64,000 nt of DNA, taken from sequence record NC_042060.1; one strand, given 5' to 3'. The notes below the pieces were generated by a model. It made no database searches, was not told where the DNA came from, and saw only the letters and a list, made by a program, of their open reading frames with translations. Position 1 is the first letter of the stretch. Each line of letters starts with the position of its first letter. Shown piece after piece: positions 22,942-33,100 of this stretch. A program made the translations under genes and the position numbers.

Positions 22942-24390
22942 ATGTCAGACGGTATGGTTTTATACACTGACGGATCATTCCGACAGGGTAAAGCTGGTTG
23001 GGGTATTCATGGTTATACCTATGAAAATGTTGCAATGAAATCTAAAGCAGCCACCAAACAGCAACCAACAGCTAAGGGATACTTAGATGTAGGTGCAGAT
23101 GAGACATGCACTGTTTTAAATTATATTGATGCATTTGGTAGTGTAACTAATAACCCTACTAATAATACAGGTGAGCTAACCGCTGCAATTGAGGCTTTCA
23201 AAATAGCTCATGAAGCAGATGCTCCTAGACTAACGATGCTCATGGATAGTGAATACGTTAGAAAAGGTATGACCGCATATTTACCCAAATGGATTAAGTC
23301 TAATTGGATTAAATCAGACGGCACGCCGGTAGCAAACCAGGACCTATGGAAACAGATGGTCGAACTAAAAGCTAAATGGGAAGAAACTAATAAACCATTA
23401 AGCATCCAATGGGTCCGTGGACATAACGGAGACATTGGTAATGAAAAAGCTGATGCTAACGCTAAGCTTGGTTCGGGACAGAATAATGATAAGCCAGTGA
23501 TGGTTTCGGTTAAAGGCGAGGAAATTAACAAACTTAAAAAACAAGTTGTTAATCCACTTATCCTCGAAAGTAGGTTACTCTTCGCCATTAACTCTGGAGA
23601 AGAACCAGATGGGTTCTATTACACCTATAACTTAGGTCGTATGCATAACTATGGTCATAAACCAAAAGACACTGCTAAAGATAAATTAGCTAAAGCTGAT
23701 TTAATTTTAGGGCGTCGTATCTCTGAAGCAACCTTCAGTGTATATAAGGCAAATGAACCAGATGAGTATCTCCAGTTACTAATTAATATGCATACAGAAG
23801 CACTGGGTACTGAAAATCCAGAACTGGGTATCATCAATTTGGCAAACGCATATCGTGCAACCATTCGACAGAAAATTGAATCCATGGGGCTACCTGCTCT
23901 AGTCGTATGGAAAGATATCAATGTTTTGTCGACGCCAACAGATGAACTCATTAGTCGGACTCTTAATCCACCACGTATGGCAAATGATGCTGTAGCTACA
24001 TTTAATGTTATGCGCAGTCGTCTTGAAGATTACTTGGCTGGTAAACTTGGAGAGTCGGTTGGTATTATTGATATTACCGAGCACTTCTTCGAGGAAGTCG
24101 CAAAGGGTAAGAAAGTTGGCTATCAACTACTTAAGACGATTACATCTAATACAGGCTTTGTAGAAGTTCCGATCACATTTAAAGATCGTAAGATAAAATT
24201 AAAGCTTGTATTAAATATCGATATTCCAAGTAGAAACCAATTAGCTCGTATTGGAGCTAATAAAGTTAAAATGGAAATTCTTGTAGTAGCTGAAGGCCCA
24301 TATTCTTATTCATATTCAATTGTGTTCGTGACGGATGATGGTTCAGCTATCTATCAATCACCCTATACACAATTTATTCTCCCAAAATAG
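22942..24390 (+). CDS. rnhA: Ribonuclease HI with long C-terminal extension
   Basis: YTDGS, NNTGEL, MDSEY and WVRGHNGDIGNEKAD RNase HI motifs (phiKZ gp155). Confidence 0.9.
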   Translation: MSDGMVLYTDGSFRQGKAGWGIHGYTYENVAMKSKAATKQQPTAKGYLDVGADETCTVLNYIDAFGSVTNNPTNNTGELTAAIEAFKIAHEADAPRLTMLMDSEYVRKGMTAYLPKWIKSNWIKSDGTPVANQDLWKQMVELKAKWEETNKPLSIQWVRGHNGDIGNEKADANAKLGSGQNNDKPVMVSVKGEEINKLKKQVVNPLILESRLLFAINSGEEPDGFYYTYNLGRMHNYGHKPKDTAKDKLAKADLILGRRISEATFSVYKANEPDEYLQLLINMHTEALGTENPELGIINLANAYRATIRQKIESMGLPALVVWKDINVLSTPTDELISRTLNPPRMANDAVATFNVMRSRLEDYLAGKLGESVGIIDITEHFFEEVAKGKKVGYQLLKTITSNTGFVEVPITFKDRKIKLKLVLNIDIPSRNQLARIGANKVKMEILVVAEGPYSYSYSIVFVTDDGSAIYQSPYTQFILPK

Positions 24391-24400
24391 TGGGTATTCC

Positions 24401-24820
24401 ATGAACCTTATTAGCAGATTCAAAAAGTCGGTTAAGAATGGTTTCAGGGCAATTTGGATTAAGCTCTGGGACTATGCTGATCCCGAACTAAAGCGGATGT
24501 GCGTCATGGCGTCACTGTACTCCGTTATAGTACAGTGTAAGACAAATGAGTGTGAAAAGATCTCTCATTTGAATTCTAACATGAAACTAGTACGCGATGA
24601 AGCTGCCTTACGACTCCCAATTCATTATGGGCCGTACGTATGGAAAGGCGTGATAGCAATCGATAAGATTGATAAAGCAGATCTAACCACTGATCAATTT
24701 TTCATGAGGCTTATTCGTAAGACTCCGTGTTGGATGAAATATGCTGATGATGCAACTTTTTTAAAGGATTTGAAAACTCTCTTTAAATTAAGTTTACATG
24801 AGAAGTGTATTCCAAATTGA
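24401..24820 (+). CDS. Hypothetical protein (gp154 position)
   Basis: Probable start ATG 24401, just after the RNase H stop. Confidence 0.65.
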   Translation: MNLISRFKKSVKNGFRAIWIKLWDYADPELKRMCVMASLYSVIVQCKTNECEKISHLNSNMKLVRDEAALRLPIHYGPYVWKGVIAIDKIDKADLTTDQFFMRLIRKTPCWMKYADDATFLKDLKTLFKLSLHEKCIPN

Positions 24821-24829
24821 TTGGTACGA

Positions 24830-24863
24830 CATAATGCCCTCTCCTTTTGGGAGAGGGCTTATG
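24830..24863. terminator. Bidirectional hairpin terminator, variant of the family
   Basis: cataatgccctctcc tttt gggagagggcttatg between convergent genes. Confidence 0.8.
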
Positions 24864-24866
24864 CTG

Positions 24867-25781
24867 TTATCCAATGATTTCACGAAGAATATCTTCAGTG
24901 GCTTTCATTGTGTTCGCAGTCTCAACAATCTTAGTAAAGAGTGTTGAATAACGTTCAACATGGTCTGCTGCCCATGTAACCCCTTCAATTAATGTCTGTA
25001 ATAGCTCTGGAGAGGTGTCAGAGTTACTATCCTTAACATCCTCCATAAAGCTATCAATTAATTGACTAAGCGCTTCTGAAGCACGTTTTACATCATTTGG
25101 ACGAACACGTGATAAAATGCTACGAATATCGTTCATTTTCTTTGTTGCATCAACAAATGAATTTAATGATGGGTAAAGCTTACCAAACTCAGCTGTACTT
25201 GACCGGTTGTCACTGTCATAGAAAGAAGCATCTTTAGCAAGATCATTGATCGATGCCATTGCAAATGAATTAGCAAAGCCACGCTTATCCATTCGATCAG
25301 CACGCTGTTGTAGATAATATCCAAGTTGTGCTTTAACCGGGTCTAATACCGCTGGAATAATAGTGGCCATTTCCTTAGCTTCTGTTAATAGATAATCAAC
25401 ATAGTCTGGAATCTCACCATTAAAACCAACTGGTTGTGGCACGATTGTATTTGCTACTTCTAAATAATCAATGTGTGAAACTAAATGGCGCATCTGCGCT
25501 GGATGGAACTCAGGAATAATTTGATTACTCCAGTTAGTCATCGACGTAAATGCATTACGAGCAGCGATAGCAAAATTAGCACCGCGTTTATTGATAATGT
25601 TAATAGCGTTTGTTGCGAAATTAGCTTCTTGAGAAATAGTCTCAGTAATATCTACAAGCTGTTGTTTTGGATCAACTTGTACTAAACTAATATCATCATT
25701 AACAATATTGTCAGATTCAATTAGATCCTGACAATCATTTTCTAGTGAAATACTTTTAGCGTATTTATGGATGTTAAACAT
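24867..25781 (-). CDS. Internal head protein with short propeptide (gp153 position)
   Basis: The N-terminus MFNIHKYAKSISLE carries the S-x-E gp175 cleavage motif. Confidence 0.7.
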   Translation of the reverse strand: MFNIHKYAKSISLENDCQDLIESDNIVNDDISLVQVDPKQQLVDITETISQEANFATNAINIINKRGANFAIAARNAFTSMTNWSNQIIPEFHPAQMRHLVSHIDYLEVANTIVPQPVGFNGEIPDYVDYLLTEAKEMATIIPAVLDPVKAQLGYYLQQRADRMDKRGFANSFAMASINDLAKDASFYDSDNRSSTAEFGKLYPSLNSFVDATKKMNDIRSILSRVRPNDVKRASEALSQLIDSFMEDVKDSNSDTSPELLQTLIEGVTWAADHVERYSTLFTKIVETANTMKATEDILREIIG

Positions 25782-25878
25782 GTCTTAATTTCCTTGCGCA
25801 AGGATTGTTGAATATGTAGACATAAAATTACTCTCCAAATCAATTAATTGACTGTTTAACTTAAAAAATGGAGTCAAC

Positions 25879-27318
25879 ATGTTTGGTAAACATTTCGAAC
25901 GTCCAGCTTTCCGACCGGCTCTTAACATCGGATGCCTTATGGACATTTCAACTGGTAAGTATGAACAAGGTAAGCATGGTGAAATGATTCTAAATGGTGG
26001 TATGGGATCACTAACTGGTATTGCTTCACGACCTAACAATTTTAAAACTGCATTAGGTATCTACCTCATGGCAATGATGCGCCGTGCTTTCCCCGGTGCA
26101 CATGCAATGACTTACGATACAGAAGGTACATTAAACCCAGGTGCTCGATTTACATCTTTAGCACAAGCTTATCCTGAGCTAGCTGCTATCGATTGGGAAA
26201 ATGATGAGCAATACATGTTTACTGACTTATCTCGTTATACTGGGGATGAGTGGTTCAAAATCTTCCGCGATGCATTATCTGAAAAAGAAAAGGCTGAAAA
26301 AGATTATCTACGTACTACCCCATTTCTTGATGTGAATGGTAATAATAAGAAAGCACTGTACCCAACTGGCGGGTTCATTGATAGTTTCTCAAAGTTCATT
26401 GTCTCAGCTGTGTCTGAAATGTATGCTAAAAATGCTATCGGTGATTCTAAAGTAAACACTGATGCAATGACTAATGGTAAAGCTAAGAATCAGTTATTTA
26501 ACCAGCTACCGCAGATCTGTGCTAAAACCAGTACATACATGATTCTCACTGCACACGTTGGAGATATCATTCAAATTGAGATGTACCCTACTGATAAACG
26601 TAATCTATCGCATATGAAGAAGGATACGGTTCTTAAAGGGGTGTCAGGTGGTTTCTACTCTCTACCGAATAATGTGTTTTCTATTGAATCTAATAAACCG
26701 TTAGTCAATAAAGAAAAAATGCCTTTATATCCAATTGACAATTCAACTGCTATTGAAGGCGATACAGATCTACGTATTCTAGAAGTTATTAACTTACGTG
26801 GTAAAGGTGGAATTACTGGTCTACCATTCCATCTCATTGTTTCACAAACTGAAGGTATTCTTCCATCACTATCAGAATTCCATTATTGCCGTGAAAATGA
26901 TTGGGGGATTGGTGGTAATAACATTAACTACTTCGTTGAGCTATGTCCTGATATCAAACTAAGTCGGACCACTGTTCGTAAGAAATTGATGGATAACCCT
27001 GCTCTACAACGAGCTGTTGAAATCCAATCTGAAATGCTACAATTAATTCAATTCCAACGTTGGAATCTTGGAGATTATGTAGTAACGCCAGCTGAGCTAT
27101 ATGCTGATCTTAAAGTAATGGGTTATGATTGGGATATTATTCTTAATAATACTCGTGGCTATTGGATGTTCGAAGAAGACGAACAGTTTAGTGATAAAAA
27201 ATTCCTATCCACGTATGACCTACTACGTATGCGTAAAAGTGAATATAAACCATACTGGATGACTGACGAAGAAAAAGCTAAAATTGTACCTCTTGAACTA
27301 GCTAAAGCAAAAGCTTAA
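25879..27318 (+). CDS. uvsX: UvsX/RecA-like recombinase
   Basis: Degenerate P-loop ASRPNNFKT, YDTEGT and FIDSFS RecA-fold motifs (phiKZ gp152). Confidence 0.85.
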   Translation: MFGKHFERPAFRPALNIGCLMDISTGKYEQGKHGEMILNGGMGSLTGIASRPNNFKTALGIYLMAMMRRAFPGAHAMTYDTEGTLNPGARFTSLAQAYPELAAIDWENDEQYMFTDLSRYTGDEWFKIFRDALSEKEKAEKDYLRTTPFLDVNGNNKKALYPTGGFIDSFSKFIVSAVSEMYAKNAIGDSKVNTDAMTNGKAKNQLFNQLPQICAKTSTYMILTAHVGDIIQIEMYPTDKRNLSHMKKDTVLKGVSGGFYSLPNNVFSIESNKPLVNKEKMPLYPIDNSTAIEGDTDLRILEVINLRGKGGITGLPFHLIVSQTEGILPSLSEFHYCRENDWGIGGNNINYFVELCPDIKLSRTTVRKKLMDNPALQRAVEIQSEMLQLIQFQRWNLGDYVVTPAELYADLKVMGYDWDIILNNTRGYWMFEEDEQFSDKKFLSTYDLLRMRKSEYKPYWMTDEEKAKIVPLELAKAKA

Positions 27319-27349
27319 TGTTAGTATAGATGTTATCGCCAGTTTCAAA

Positions 27350-27380
27350 ATAACTAGGGGTCAATAAGATCCCTAGTTAT
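27350..27380 (+). terminator. Hairpin terminator candidate
   Basis: ataactaggg/ccctagttat 10-bp inverted repeat after uvsX. Confidence 0.55.
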
Positions 27381-27394
27381 GTCAGGTTTGGTAT

Positions 27395-27745
27395 ATGAAT
27401 GTTTACACTTATCAGATAGCTAAATATAAGTTAGTTATAGAGAAAGGAATAAAACCTCTAGACATAACTGTTAAATCAGGTGCGTATCAACTCGCACCTA
27501 CTTGGTTAATGGTTATGGGACATAAGAAAGGAATTATATCAGATGATGAATACACTGAAGCATATCTCAGTATGTTAGAGCAATCATTGATTGATAATCC
27601 AGAATTCTTTAAATGGTTCTTCCAATTAGAGGAAGTAGCATTAGGTTGTTATTGTCGTGCTGGTAATTTCTGTCACCGGCATTTATTAGTAGAATGGCTT
27701 GAAACAAAAACAGAGGTCATTTACTGTGGTGAGATATCAAAGTAA
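27395..27745 (+). CDS. DUF488-like protein (gp151 position)
   Basis: LAPTW..V..HK.G.I...EY...Y and LGCYC....FCHR motifs. Confidence 0.7.
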   Translation: MNVYTYQIAKYKLVIEKGIKPLDITVKSGAYQLAPTWLMVMGHKKGIISDDEYTEAYLSMLEQSLIDNPEFFKWFFQLEEVALGCYCRAGNFCHRHLLVEWLETKTEVIYCGEISK

Positions 27746-27768
27746 AATAAAGACCCTAAGGAACTATA

Positions 27769-28089
27769 ATGAAAACTACAGAAGATTATCGTTTAACACT
27801 TTGTCAACGTCTACGAATGTTTGATGTTGAACTATCAGAAGATCTATTACGTCGATTACCAGTGTGTACAGATGTACCCACTTTATCAGCTTGCTTTCAA
27901 CAACTATTAGCTCAATACCCTAGTCAGACGTTGACAGCTAGAACTACCATTGATGATTCAGTCACCTTTGAAGTATGGTATGCTAATTTTCTAGCCAACA
28001 TATTACCAATTCTTAAGAGGCATAGGTTGCCTCCATGTACTGACCAGAATTCAATACCTGTCTATCAAGGGGTATCTCGCTCAAGCTAA
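27769..28089 (+). CDS. Hypothetical protein (gp150 position)
   Basis: 106-aa ORF with AAGGA SD. Confidence 0.7.
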   Translation: MKTTEDYRLTLCQRLRMFDVELSEDLLRRLPVCTDVPTLSACFQQLLAQYPSQTLTARTTIDDSVTFEVWYANFLANILPILKRHRLPPCTDQNSIPVYQGVSRSS

Positions 28090-28121
28090 TGGTATGTTAA
28101 ACAACCTTAAAGGAAATTACC

Positions 28122-28796
28122 ATGACTAAACGAGAATTGGTAGAAAAAGAATGCCTATGGATTATTGACATGTTTCTACCTGGTAGTAGTAATGTTGATA
28201 TCTATAAAGAAATGTTTGCACGAATGAATGATGAGGAATTTGAGGAGTGGATTAATAAGTTAGATTCTGGTGAAGAGATGTTGGCATTATATGCTCCTAA
28301 CTTATGCGCTAAGCCTAAATTAACTATTAAGCGAAATTATAAAGTTGCTAAAGCGATTGGTCATAATTTATTCCAACACATCATTTTAACTGACCCAGGT
28401 ACTGGCCAGGTATATCGAACTGCTAATAAACATTTAGTTGGTTTAATACCAATCCGTCGTCAAGTACAAATGCTTGAGAAAAAGAAAAGTATTCCAGGTT
28501 CTAGTCATGTGATTGACCAGAGGTCAGGGCAAGTAACTGGTGATTCTAAAGGATCACGTATGTCTGCACCAGAGATTCAGGTTAACGCTTCAAAAGGTCT
28601 CCGTTATTCCATGATTGAATTCATGAAACTACGTGGTGGTGACCAGAAAGCATATAATGCAATGAACCGCTCTATTATCGAAACTGGTAGTGCTTCTGTT
28701 GATTCCATCATGTCTACTTATGATACTACTGTGCAATCTAATAAAACATTTGCATGTTATCTAAAAGGCATGATGTTACAAAATAACTTGGTGTAA
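28122..28796 (+). CDS. gp149: Virion RNA polymerase beta-like subunit, C-terminal fragment
   Basis: RSGQVTGDSKGSRMSAPE corresponds to the beta C-terminal GKAQFGGQRFGEME region. Confidence 0.85.
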   Translation: MTKRELVEKECLWIIDMFLPGSSNVDIYKEMFARMNDEEFEEWINKLDSGEEMLALYAPNLCAKPKLTIKRNYKVAKAIGHNLFQHIILTDPGTGQVYRTANKHLVGLIPIRRQVQMLEKKKSIPGSSHVIDQRSGQVTGDSKGSRMSAPEIQVNASKGLRYSMIEFMKLRGGDQKAYNAMNRSIIETGSASVDSIMSTYDTTVQSNKTFACYLKGMMLQNNLV

Positions 28797-28798
28797 CT

Positions 28799-29305
28799 AT
28801 GAATAATCGCCAGATTTACGAAGATATGTGTGAAGCTTTAATTGTATCTAATACTGAGTTAGTAAATGGATACAGTGCTGAAATCATTGCGGATATTTTG
28901 GATTTACTAAATAACTGGAGTACTAATACCCATTGGTATCACATTGCTGATAAAACAGTTATTAGGGATATCTGGAATTTATTCCGTAACAAAGGTAATC
29001 GTCTTCAACCCATCTTAAGTTTAGTTAGTCGATTTAAGATGGCTGTTACTGATTGGGATGGTGTGGTGGAATTACTAGCTAATTCTATTTATCCTTATCA
29101 ACCTAATTCAACTATTGTTGACCAAGAGATGTTAGCGCGATTAATTCCACGAAAAGAATTAACTGACATTTTATACCAAAATGATTGGTTAGTTTGGATT
29201 ATTTGTCAATGTTTAAATATCCGTTATATTACTAATCTAGTTGAATCTATCCCAGTTCAAGCTAAGCCATCTAAAAAGAAGGCGGTAAATAATAATGTTT
29301 CGTAA
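28799..29305 (+). CDS. Hypothetical protein (gp148 position)
   Basis: 168-aa coupled ORF. Confidence 0.7.
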   Translation: MNNRQIYEDMCEALIVSNTELVNGYSAEIIADILDLLNNWSTNTHWYHIADKTVIRDIWNLFRNKGNRLQPILSLVSRFKMAVTDWDGVVELLANSIYPYQPNSTIVDQEMLARLIPRKELTDILYQNDWLVWIICQCLNIRYITNLVESIPVQAKPSKKKAVNNNVS

Positions 29306-30011
29306 AATCTTAATTGATCTTGATTCACTATTAGATACACGGTTAGGGACCATTAGGTTACTAAATAAAGATGCGGCTAATAAGCTTGTTACCAATGGTC
29401 AAGTTTATTGGCATAGGGAAATGGATGATTGGACTAAACTAACAGATGGTTTAGTAACTAATGAACAATTTGTCGAAGCTTATTCTAAACGTGGTGGCGA
29501 AAATACTGCTGATACTATCAATAGTTCTATATTCACTGGTATCATTCCATTTATTATTCAATTAATAGCTCAATCAGATTTGAATAGATTAGACGGTATA
29601 GTTAATGCTAATTTTGAAACATGTCTTGAAGTTAATATCTGGCCATATGAATTAACACCAGATGCTCAAGATGAATTACTATACTGCTTACATAAGTACA
29701 TAGGTGATCATATTCAGATCACCCTGATTAATACTCAATTAACAGACCTTACTTGTTCTAGATTAAACTCTATCTATTCGATGGCGATTATGTATAATTT
29801 TGGAGAATGGTGTAAAACCCATGTTCTTGAATTAGGACAAGTGTTGATGCCTGACTTTACCATTATTGGTCCAAAGCTATTTGAGAAAGACGTAAGTGAA
29901 TTAGCTGTTGAAGATAAACAGTTTATTATCATGGATTTCCAGCTAAAGCATAAACTTAATATCGACTTTGATTTCATCGATGCTGAATACTTTTCCATGT
30001 TTAAGCCATGA
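29295..30011 (+). CDS. Possible HAD-fold protein (gp147 position)
   Basis: N-terminal ILIDLDSLLD resembles HAD motif I; the other motifs are not confirmed. Confidence 0.5.
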   Translation: MFRKILIDLDSLLDTRLGTIRLLNKDAANKLVTNGQVYWHREMDDWTKLTDGLVTNEQFVEAYSKRGGENTADTINSSIFTGIIPFIIQLIAQSDLNRLDGIVNANFETCLEVNIWPYELTPDAQDELLYCLHKYIGDHIQITLINTQLTDLTCSRLNSIYSMAIMYNFGEWCKTHVLELGQVLMPDFTIIGPKLFEKDVSELAVEDKQFIIMDFQLKHKLNIDFDFIDAEYFSMFKP

Positions 30012-30018
30012 TACCCAA

Positions 30019-30043
30019 TAGAAAGCCCTATTAGGGCTTTCTA
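30019..30043 (+). terminator. Hairpin terminator
   Basis: tagaaagccct att agggctttcta, followed by tg. Confidence 0.7.
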
Positions 30044-30112
30044 TGCTGTTTTAAGCTATAATTACTACATTGGTATAGATAATATAAAAAGTGTCTTAAA
30101 CGACGAAATAAA

Positions 30113-30132
30113 GCCCTCCCCGAAGGGAGGGC
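30113..30132 (-). terminator. Hairpin terminator, gccctccc family
   Basis: GCCCTCCC cgaa GGGAGGGC after the collagen-like gene. Confidence 0.8.
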
Positions 30133-30143
30133 AATATGTCGTT

Positions 30144-33100
30144 TTAAATAACAGCACCTTTGGAAACTACCCAATTAGTACCGTCCCATAGGAGAGTAAG
30201 AATTGTTTTAGTATCGCCTAGGTCATCTACTATTAATGGAGTACCATTGTTCCACTGTAGCACTGCACTAGATAGTGTTGGCATAGCTACCTTACCAAGT
30301 AGTACAAGAACAGCCGTTACCATACGATCAACAGGTCCATTCTCTAGTGTAATGGTTTGGTTAGCAGCAGTTTGAACCCTATAGCACTGTTGGTTAGCTG
30401 GTGTTAGAGTTAAAGCTGTACCAGTGAATGTACTTGATTTCAGACTATATACATCGAATGATTTATCTAGCTTCTTCCAAGTAATATTAGTACCAGTACG
30501 GCTACGTACCCAATCACCATCAGCGGTTACATCATTATTCGGACCTTGGAATAGAGTCCATGATTTAGCCGCAGCGTTACGTAGGAATAGTTGTCCACTA
30601 GTAGCATCAGCTTGATCAACTATAATAGTTACAGGTGTCCATTTAGAACCACTAGCTGTTTTCTCACGTACATAGTTAGTGCCATTAGCACCTTCACTAG
30701 GTACTTCACCAATAACTGCGGCTGGTACAGCTACCCATTCACCATTTTGCATACCCATTAGAGTATCATCGGTTTGCAGAGGTGCTACATCAACCCAGTT
30801 ACCAGCTACACGACCTTGAGGCTTAGTAGCTTGTGCAGTATCACGTACTACATCCGCAGGAATCTCAGGGAATGTAATGGTAGCCCATTCAGTTTCACCC
30901 CCTGCAATACCTTTACGAACGTATTGTGCATTAACAACTGGACTAGGTACAGCATCAATGGCAGGTGTTGGTAATTCAATAGCAGTCCATTCAACAGCCC
31001 CGTCAGCGGTTGCTTTACGGCGACCATAGAAGACACCTACTTCAGCATCTACCACCTCATCAACAGGTAGTTCAGTCCAACCGAGTTTGTACCGAACCAT
31101 TTTCTTATCGACATCTTCTGGATCGACTTCACTAACTGGAACGGACATTAGTTTGTAGAATACAACCCAGTTAGCATCTTTATACCAGACAGTGCCAGTT
31201 TTGTCGATACACCAGTCACCACGATTACCATCGATAGATGTAGGTGCAGTTTGACCTTCAGGTAGAATTACCCAAGAGGATCCACGTTCACCTTTCTGAC
31301 CGGTTTTACCAGGCATACCTGGAACACCTTGCTTGCCCTCAGGACCTTCAGGACCCTGCGGACCCATAGCTAGGACACCTAGGCTTTCCCAAGTAAATGT
31401 ACCTTCAGTATCGATACTTACAAATACTTCTACTTGTCCTTCAGTATTGGTGCGAATGGCAATACCTTTACCTACGTTATCAGCAGATGCTACTGGTTTA
31501 CCAGCATCATCACCAACATAGATAATTAATAGACCACCACCTTGTTTACCTTCAGGACCTTGTGGGCCTTCGACACCCTGGATACCCTGCTCACCATTTA
31601 GATTAATTGGGCCGATATAGCCATCAATTTCCTGACCTTGGTAAGTATAGAGCATTGTACCTTCGTTAGTTTCAACCCAGTATGAATCACCAGTTACTAA
31701 GTCAGGATCAGTGTCTTTCTTTGGTAGTTGTGAAGCATCGGTTAAAACACCTTTAATGTTTAAACCTTCACCCGGTTTACCTTGCGGACCTGCCATAATA
31801 CCAATGCTAGTCCAGCGACTACCGTCCATGTTAACAAATACTTCGCCCGTGGACTTAACAGTATATGCTTTCCATTGGTTATCGGCAAGTGCTTCTGGTG
31901 GGGTATCTTCAGGAGTGTCAATCGCTGCGATGATCTGGATAGGTTCACCAGCGGGACCTTGTGGGCCTTCTGGTCCCTCGGGTCCTTCTGGTCCCTGATC
32001 ACCGTCTTTACCAGGTGCGCCATCTTCACCTTTAGGACCTCGATGTGTACCACTATTTACCCAATTACCATCTATCTTAACAAATAAGGTAGATGTGTCT
32101 TGTGTGAAGTACGCTGCCTGATCAGGAGCATCTGCCGGCAGGGCTGCCTCATTGGCAACAGCACCAGTAATAACTACGTTCTTACCATGTAGACTGATTA
32201 ACCATTCACCCTCAGTACCAGTGAACCCATTATCCAATGCTACTTGGAAAGCCGATTTACCTTGTGCCCCTGGCTCACCAGGTAGACCTTGATCACCGTC
32301 TTCACCTTTAGGACCTTCAGGACCCTGAGGACCACGGAATGAACCCATGGCTGTCCATGAGATATCAACAGTCGGATCTTGGCCAGTCAGTACATAAACC
32401 GTATTGGTGGAACGTACTGAAACACCTTGGTATTGTTCTACACCAGTGGTGGTTAATAGATCGTCAGCAGTTTCAACCGCTTTAACTACTTCTAAGTTAC
32501 GACCTTGCGGACCAGGTTCACCTTGCTTACCATCGGGACCCGGATCACCTGTGTTACCTGGTTTACCTTGTGGACCCTCAGGACCTTGGAAAGTACCTAG
32601 GTCTGACCATGCACCTTTTACAAAGATGAATAGATGCCCTGGTTTACCAGCTTCCATAGTAACTAAGTATGCTTCTGATTCTTTAGCTACAGATGGATCA
32701 GGTAAATCAGCTGGAGATGGTAGTGAATCCTTAATGGTGAATGGCATTGCTGGTTCGCCCTGAGGACCTTCAGGACCAATATCACCATCTTCACCTTTAG
32801 GACCTTCGGGGCCCTCAGGTCCACGTTCACCCTGTGGTGTAACTGGGAACCAATCATAGTCATCAATAGTTGGATTCTCTGGCGGATTATTACCTGAGAT
32901 AAGCATCCACGCCCAGAGTTGATTATTCCATGAATAAGCATCACCAGGTTTATTACTTTCAGTCTTAGGTAATTCTAAGTTATTAGGCCAACGACCACGG
33001 ATAACTAGACCAGTACCATCTGGACCACGAAGTGAACCTGTTTCAACCCAACGACCTTTTACAGGGGGATCTTCATTACCTAGCGGTGATTCCCATACCC

